Below are positions 59,514 through 64,000 of a DNA stretch of 64,000 nt, piece by piece (position 1 is the first letter of the stretch; every line of letters starts with the position of its first letter). Source of the DNA: Flectonema sp. DT1601 (taxonomy: Eukaryota); assembly GCA_964019425.1 (NCBI GenBank), contig OZ025806.1, positions 434,001 to 498,000 on the forward strand, given 5' to 3'. The translations under genes and the position numbers were made by a program. The notes below the pieces were generated by a model. It had not been told where the DNA came from, ran no database searches, and saw nothing but the letters and a program-made list of their open reading frames with translations.

Positions 59514-59711
59514 CGTACTTTGTACTGAGAGAGTTAGTAAAATTATTTTAAAACTTTTAAAATATCATATCTTATAATATAATATTATCTTATCACAATT
59601 ATTTATTATTTTTTTAAATCCCATGGGGCAGGGAATTCTATTACCCTGTAAGTCTACACAGAAACAGATAGTGTGGAGGTTAGAGTTCTTCTATTGCTTT
59701 CTTCTCGGAAG

Positions 59712-61478
59712 TTAGGCCGCCCCTCTGAACAATTCCGCTGCCAAGAGTCTATCCAGAGGAGGACTATATTTTATGTATTTCGTAACAGGTCGTGAAAATG
59801 GTAGTTTCGTATATTTAAGAAATGCCTCGTAAGAAGGATTGAGGGATCTCGCAATCCCTCGTAAAAGTTGAGACTTTAAATCCTTATTAGGAATTTGATA
59901 TGTGCGTTCTTCATTCAATCGAATTGTAAGTGATTCATTGAACAATTTAAGACGTTTTTTAATCCATTCACGATCATCTGAAGATGGTGATGATCGTGGT
60001 TGAAATGAATCCTTCAAAGGGTGAACAACCCGACCCCATAATTCTTTCACATACGCAGCTACTAAACTCGCTACTTCCAAATCCAACGATGCTGCAGTGT
60101 CATCGACCCAACTAAGACCCAACTTCCTAATCGACTCTGCAAGGTATTGAATATTGTTCATCCTGAATAAGTATGATAAGGCTTTTTGTTTCTTCTTTTC
60201 AATTAATATATTGGCCCTAGTGCCAACTGTCTCGGACACTATTCTGTAAACGTTTTCAACATAGTCTCTAAAAGTAGCTGTTTGACTGTGCTTAAACATC
60301 ACATAGTCAAACATATCAGAACCGTATGTCTCGTTAATGCGATTTACTAGGTGAGCAACTTGAACAGTAATTTCAAAAACTGTTCCATCTGAAGGAGTCT
60401 CAATGGCTGGATTCATAATCTCTTCGCAGTATGCGGTTGCTAATTTTGCGATTCTCACTTCGATTCCTTCCGCTAGATTATCCCAATTCTGTTTAGGATT
60501 CTGTGCCATTCTGATGTGAGGAATAACAGTCCAATCTTCTTGAAATGCCTGCAGCAAATCCAAGTGTAAATATAGTTTACCAATTGTACTTACATTCGTC
60601 TTCGAAGCAGAAGTAACTCTCTCTATGACCATATTAAGCTGGTAGAAGGTATCAACATGTGGACAACCACTCTCACTTTTAATATAAGAATCCCACTCTT
60701 CTTTAAATACTTCTATCGCTAAGGATGTCGCTGTTTCAGCCAGCATTCGATAATAACGCAGTAACGTTAGAATGCCGTGAGAGCCGGGGGCGTATACTTT
60801 TTTTTTAGCTTCGGCACTCACTTCAGCAAAACAACTCTTAAGACTTTTTTCCATTATCTTTCCAACATGTTGGGCGAAGTCTGTGAGATGGTCAATGCCG
60901 TGCATTCTACGAGCGAGTTCGTACAGGTTCGACGCTTCCTGACGAGAAATAAATGAAACTTCTGCAGGAAGACGATGTTGTCCATCAGGACTTTTAGCGA
61001 AGTGGAAAGCCTTCAACTGCGATGTTAAGATACCCCTAAATCTGTTGTCCAGAACGATGGCGGCTTCGGATAAAAGATCTTCTTGTTCTTGTAGTCGTTT
61101 TGCAGCTGCAGCATCTGCGGTTGACTTTTTAAGGGAACGCGCGTATCTCACCGCCTCTTGCAACGCATCACAACTGGCTAATAATTCAGGCAGCTCAAGA
61201 GTTGCTCCCTTCTCAAGTTGAACCCTCGCTTTTGAACTGTCGTTAAACTTATCAGCTACTTTTACAACAGTTCTTTTAGTCGCTTCTATGTTCTTAGCTT
61301 GAGTTTGTAGCTGTCGCATCTGTTCGCTGAGTTCTTCAACACCTCTCTTCAAACCTCCGATATTTTCATTGTACGTAACCAGCTTATGACATACTTCCAT
61401 TTTATTCTTTTTTATATTAGCCAAGTGAGTCTCAAGCTGTGACAGCGTATCAGTTGAGTCGACAGCCGACATGTTCAT
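59712..61478 (-). CDS. EXO70: Exocyst complex subunit Exo70
   Basis: PSDGTVFEIT, ALSYLFRMNNIQYL, REWIKKRLKLFN, YQIPNKDLKSQL, KYIKYSP. Start placed at ATG 61478 because the longer track ORF overlaps the PIG-G end. Confidence 0.9.
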   Translation of the reverse strand: MNMSAVDSTDTLSQLETHLANIKKNKMEVCHKLVTYNENIGGLKRGVEELSEQMRQLQTQAKNIEATKRTVVKVADKFNDSSKARVQLEKGATLELPELLASCDALQEAVRYARSLKKSTADAAAAKRLQEQEDLLSEAAIVLDNRFRGILTSQLKAFHFAKSPDGQHRLPAEVSFISRQEASNLYELARRMHGIDHLTDFAQHVGKIMEKSLKSCFAEVSAEAKKKVYAPGSHGILTLLRYYRMLAETATSLAIEVFKEEWDSYIKSESGCPHVDTFYQLNMVIERVTSASKTNVSTIGKLYLHLDLLQAFQEDWTVIPHIRMAQNPKQNWDNLAEGIEVRIAKLATAYCEEIMNPAIETPSDGTVFEITVQVAHLVNRINETYGSDMFDYVMFKHSQTATFRDYVENVYRIVSETVGTRANILIEKKKQKALSYLFRMNNIQYLAESIRKLGLSWVDDTAASLDLEVASLVAAYVKELWGRVVHPLKDSFQPRSSPSSDDREWIKKRLKLFNESLTIRLNEERTYQIPNKDLKSQLLRGIARSLNPSYEAFLKYTKLPFSRPVTKYIKYSPPLDRLLAAELFRGAA

Positions 61479-61567
61479 GCTGCGAGTCCTGTTGAAGTGG
61501 CAGACTAAGAGCTTTCGATAATTGCTGATGGAGGAACTAAGAAAGTCTATCACACAAGGATAACCTT

Positions 61568-63871
61568 TTATGAACATAAACACATTATAGCAACAATCAT
61601 AGCATCTAAGCAGGAAAACATCAACACCGGTGTAAAGACAGACCAAACAAACAAATGGCCCACTTGATTCATGTACATTACAACAACAGCTGAAACGAGA
61701 ACACGTATGAGAAAGAATACAAAAAGCATTCTGGAAAAAGACTTTGATGCTTGGAATCTCGATAACGAACAACACAATAATCCTGAATATCGTGATGACA
61801 ATATTAGAATTGGTAACACAATCGGATCAAAACCATTAACAAGTTCGTATGCTGATGATAAATTAAAACTTGCGATTGAGATCGACGTTCCAGTAAATGA
61901 CAACGTGGCCAGAGAACAGATCGCAGCAATATAATGATCAGCATCTCGTAGGTACTCACCCAGTATAAATGAGATGCCCAAGACTGGGATATCAGATATC
62001 GAAACAACACCTAACAACGTTGTAAATATTGAAAAATGAAGCATTCCTTTGATGGTAGGAATTGACGTATTAGTTTGCTGAGGTGGAGTTTTCACAATGA
62101 AATTCGAACTATCGAACAAAATAATTAAAGAAACGATACCACCCGTGGCGATAGTCACCCATCTAGTTATCGAATTATACCACATAAACATTATTGAGAC
62201 TACAATCAGTTGAACGGTGATGACAAGGGAAGTAGAGTCGCTTGCCGTTATGCGAGATAACGCTATACCGTAAGATGTAAAAACAACATGAATTGGAAGT
62301 AATAATTTAAAAAAAAAAGTCCAACTATAAAACAAGGCACTAACCACTGCTACGACGATGAAGAAACCCAAATTTCTGTTGTCACTTACTTGCAGTATCA
62401 GTTTGAATAAAAAAAACGAAGCACTCACGGAGAGAATAGGATGACCCTTAATCAAGGAACTAAGAGAAATGTCAAAATTCGGGTTTTCACTTTTATAAAT
62501 ACCCGAACACTCCCACATGGTTCCAATTCGCAATGCGATAATCCCAATTTTATTGAATTTTTTTTTAAAACAAGAATAAACCAACACAGAAAGAGCTAAA
62601 TAATTATAAAAGTGATGGATTTCCTCTGCATAAGCAGAAGACCATATCGGCAACGACATTGCTATCGAAGTTAAAATTAAACTTTTAGCCGGAGCTAGTG
62701 AATAGATGACCGCAATTAATAACAAAAACCCAACCAAAACAACAACTGGATTAGTTGAGATAATAGACACCGTTAGATCATCAGAAAGACTTGATAGTGT
62801 CATAAACATCTCGTTCAGATCATTCGTTATATTTACTTCGATAACGGTGTCCAAACACGATCTCAATTGCTCTTGATTACAGCTCATACAATACTGTAGC
62901 GACTCAGGTGTGAATACAACAGGCCACAAAACACCATTGTTACATCGCGGGATAGGTAATTTAAGCTGCAATGCAATCGTTGCAGCAATATCAATTTGTT
63001 GAGTGGAAACAGTGTTTCTTGACGGATATGCGGAATACATACTTGTTACGGCTGATTTTTTATGGGAAAGCATCATAGCAACTGCTTCAATTTCAGAGTC
63101 AGAAGCACCGCCATGATTACCTGCTGAAGTCATTCCATGATCAGATAAAACCCAAATAGCAGTTTTTTTTGTATTTAATGACGTCGCTAAGTCGTATATA
63201 ATAGAATCCATTTCTTGTTCTTTTTTTGTCATTTCTTCATTGTCAGATCCAAGATAATGTCCTATGTGATCAATTCCCAAGTAGTGGAGTACTACGATAT
63301 CAGGATGAGACCATTCATCCATTTCTGTCAACTCAGTGATATGTCTGGTTACGTTATTATCAACCTCTGAATAATCAGTTACATTAAAAGAGGAAACAGG
63401 ATCACCTTTGATATTAAATGTTCTGTGCCAAGTATCATCACCATTTACAACTATCGATAAGTTGTGAGAGATTGCTTCCGTGAGTAGGGACGGGGCTGAT
63501 GCAGATTCTCCAAAAAAGTTAAATAAAACATCTGAATAAACTGATGCTCTACCAGAAACAATTGTCTTTATTTTTGGTAACGTCACAGTTGGCGGTTGTG
63601 CTATTGAGACGCTGAGGTGTCCTTTTCCTTCATCCAGTAGTCGACGACATTTTTTAAAATTTCCTCCCTCTTTCAATCTTGAAAATCGAAGACCGTCAAC
63701 CAAAACTATTATAACTTTTTCAGATGGTAATTCGCTGTGGCATTCACTGCAGACATTTTGATCTTTTCCGGTACAACCTTTCCCACCTGTAAGGCCACCG
63801 AACAGTAATCCACACCCTAATAACGTACACAACAATCTGACAAAGTGAAAAATATTTGGTTTTATTTCCAT
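61568..63871 (-). CDS. PIGG: GPI ethanolamine-phosphate transferase 2 (PIG-G/GPI7)
   Basis: VIIVLVDGLR, PPTVTLPKIK, GDDTW, EVDNNVTRH, HYLGIDHIGH, SDHGM...GNHGG, and a multi-TM C-terminus with HLFVWSVF (PIG-G-type rather than PIG-O-type). Confidence 0.88.
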   Translation of the reverse strand: MEIKPNIFHFVRLLCTLLGCGLLFGGLTGGKGCTGKDQNVCSECHSELPSEKVIIVLVDGLRFSRLKEGGNFKKCRRLLDEGKGHLSVSIAQPPTVTLPKIKTIVSGRASVYSDVLFNFFGESASAPSLLTEAISHNLSIVVNGDDTWHRTFNIKGDPVSSFNVTDYSEVDNNVTRHITELTEMDEWSHPDIVVLHYLGIDHIGHYLGSDNEEMTKKEQEMDSIIYDLATSLNTKKTAIWVLSDHGMTSAGNHGGASDSEIEAVAMMLSHKKSAVTSMYSAYPSRNTVSTQQIDIAATIALQLKLPIPRCNNGVLWPVVFTPESLQYCMSCNQEQLRSCLDTVIEVNITNDLNEMFMTLSSLSDDLTVSIISTNPVVVLVGFLLLIAVIYSLAPAKSLILTSIAMSLPIWSSAYAEEIHHFYNYLALSVLVYSCFKKKFNKIGIIALRIGTMWECSGIYKSENPNFDISLSSLIKGHPILSVSASFFLFKLILQVSDNRNLGFFIVVAVVSALFYSWTFFFKLLLPIHVVFTSYGIALSRITASDSTSLVITVQLIVVSIMFMWYNSITRWVTIATGGIVSLIILFDSSNFIVKTPPQQTNTSIPTIKGMLHFSIFTTLLGVVSISDIPVLGISFILGEYLRDADHYIAAICSLATLSFTGTSISIASFNLSSAYELVNGFDPIVLPILILSSRYSGLLCCSLSRFQASKSFSRMLFVFFLIRVLVSAVVVMYMNQVGHLFVWSVFTPVLMFSCLDAMIVAIMCLCS

Positions 63872-64000
63872 GTTGCCTGAAAAGAATAAGAATTGATTTA
63901 TAAGAAATACACGAATTTAATTGTTATTATTATTATTATTGTCACTTGAGCTGTCAAACCATCACTTACGAAAAGACTAAAATAAGGGGTCAATTAAAAA

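Noticed and set aside
61479..61775. N-terminal 99 aa of the 687-aa track ORF as part of EXO70
   Set aside because: Starts at a non-ATG codon, overlaps the PIG-G C-terminus in another frame and looks non-protein-like.

Overview
Eukaryotic, AT-rich nuclear DNA with many homopolymer tracts, most likely from a euglenozoan protist. The calmodulin is of the Euglena/trypanosome type, and the short GT-AG introns and gene layout suggest a diplonemid (inference). About 23 protein genes form two directional clusters: all + strand from 1 to 26003 and all - strand from 31167 to 64000. The clusters converge on a ~5 kb strand-switch region holding a decayed APE+RT non-LTR retrotransposon, a frameshifted Gln-rich remnant and a captured 75-bp piece of the neighbouring VPS51 gene. 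The main non-coding feature is a 10-copy, ~309-bp tandem array (12328-15428). Each unit encodes two box C/D snoRNAs with recognisable rRNA guides (SSU, 5.8S, LSU), and the array may lie inside a 3.2-kb intron of an EF-hand/coiled-coil gene. Twelve short cis-introns, plus that putative long one, end in an A/C-rich tract instead of a polypyrimidine tract. AG sites just upstream of start codons (likely spliced-leader acceptors) are U/C-rich, suggesting two distinct 3' splice-site codes. Recognisable genes: calcyphosin-like, SDR, calmodulin, SCaMC carrier, VPS51, a K2P-like channel lacking a canonical filter, a UBL protein, PlsC/LPAAT, tektin-like, CASC1/DNAI7, an MCT-like MFS, a large J-domain/zinc-finger/Tudor-like protein, TSNAXIP1-like, NEK kinase, aminotransferase, TauD-like dioxygenase, EXO70 and PIG-G. 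All assignments come from reading motifs by eye; no database searches were run.
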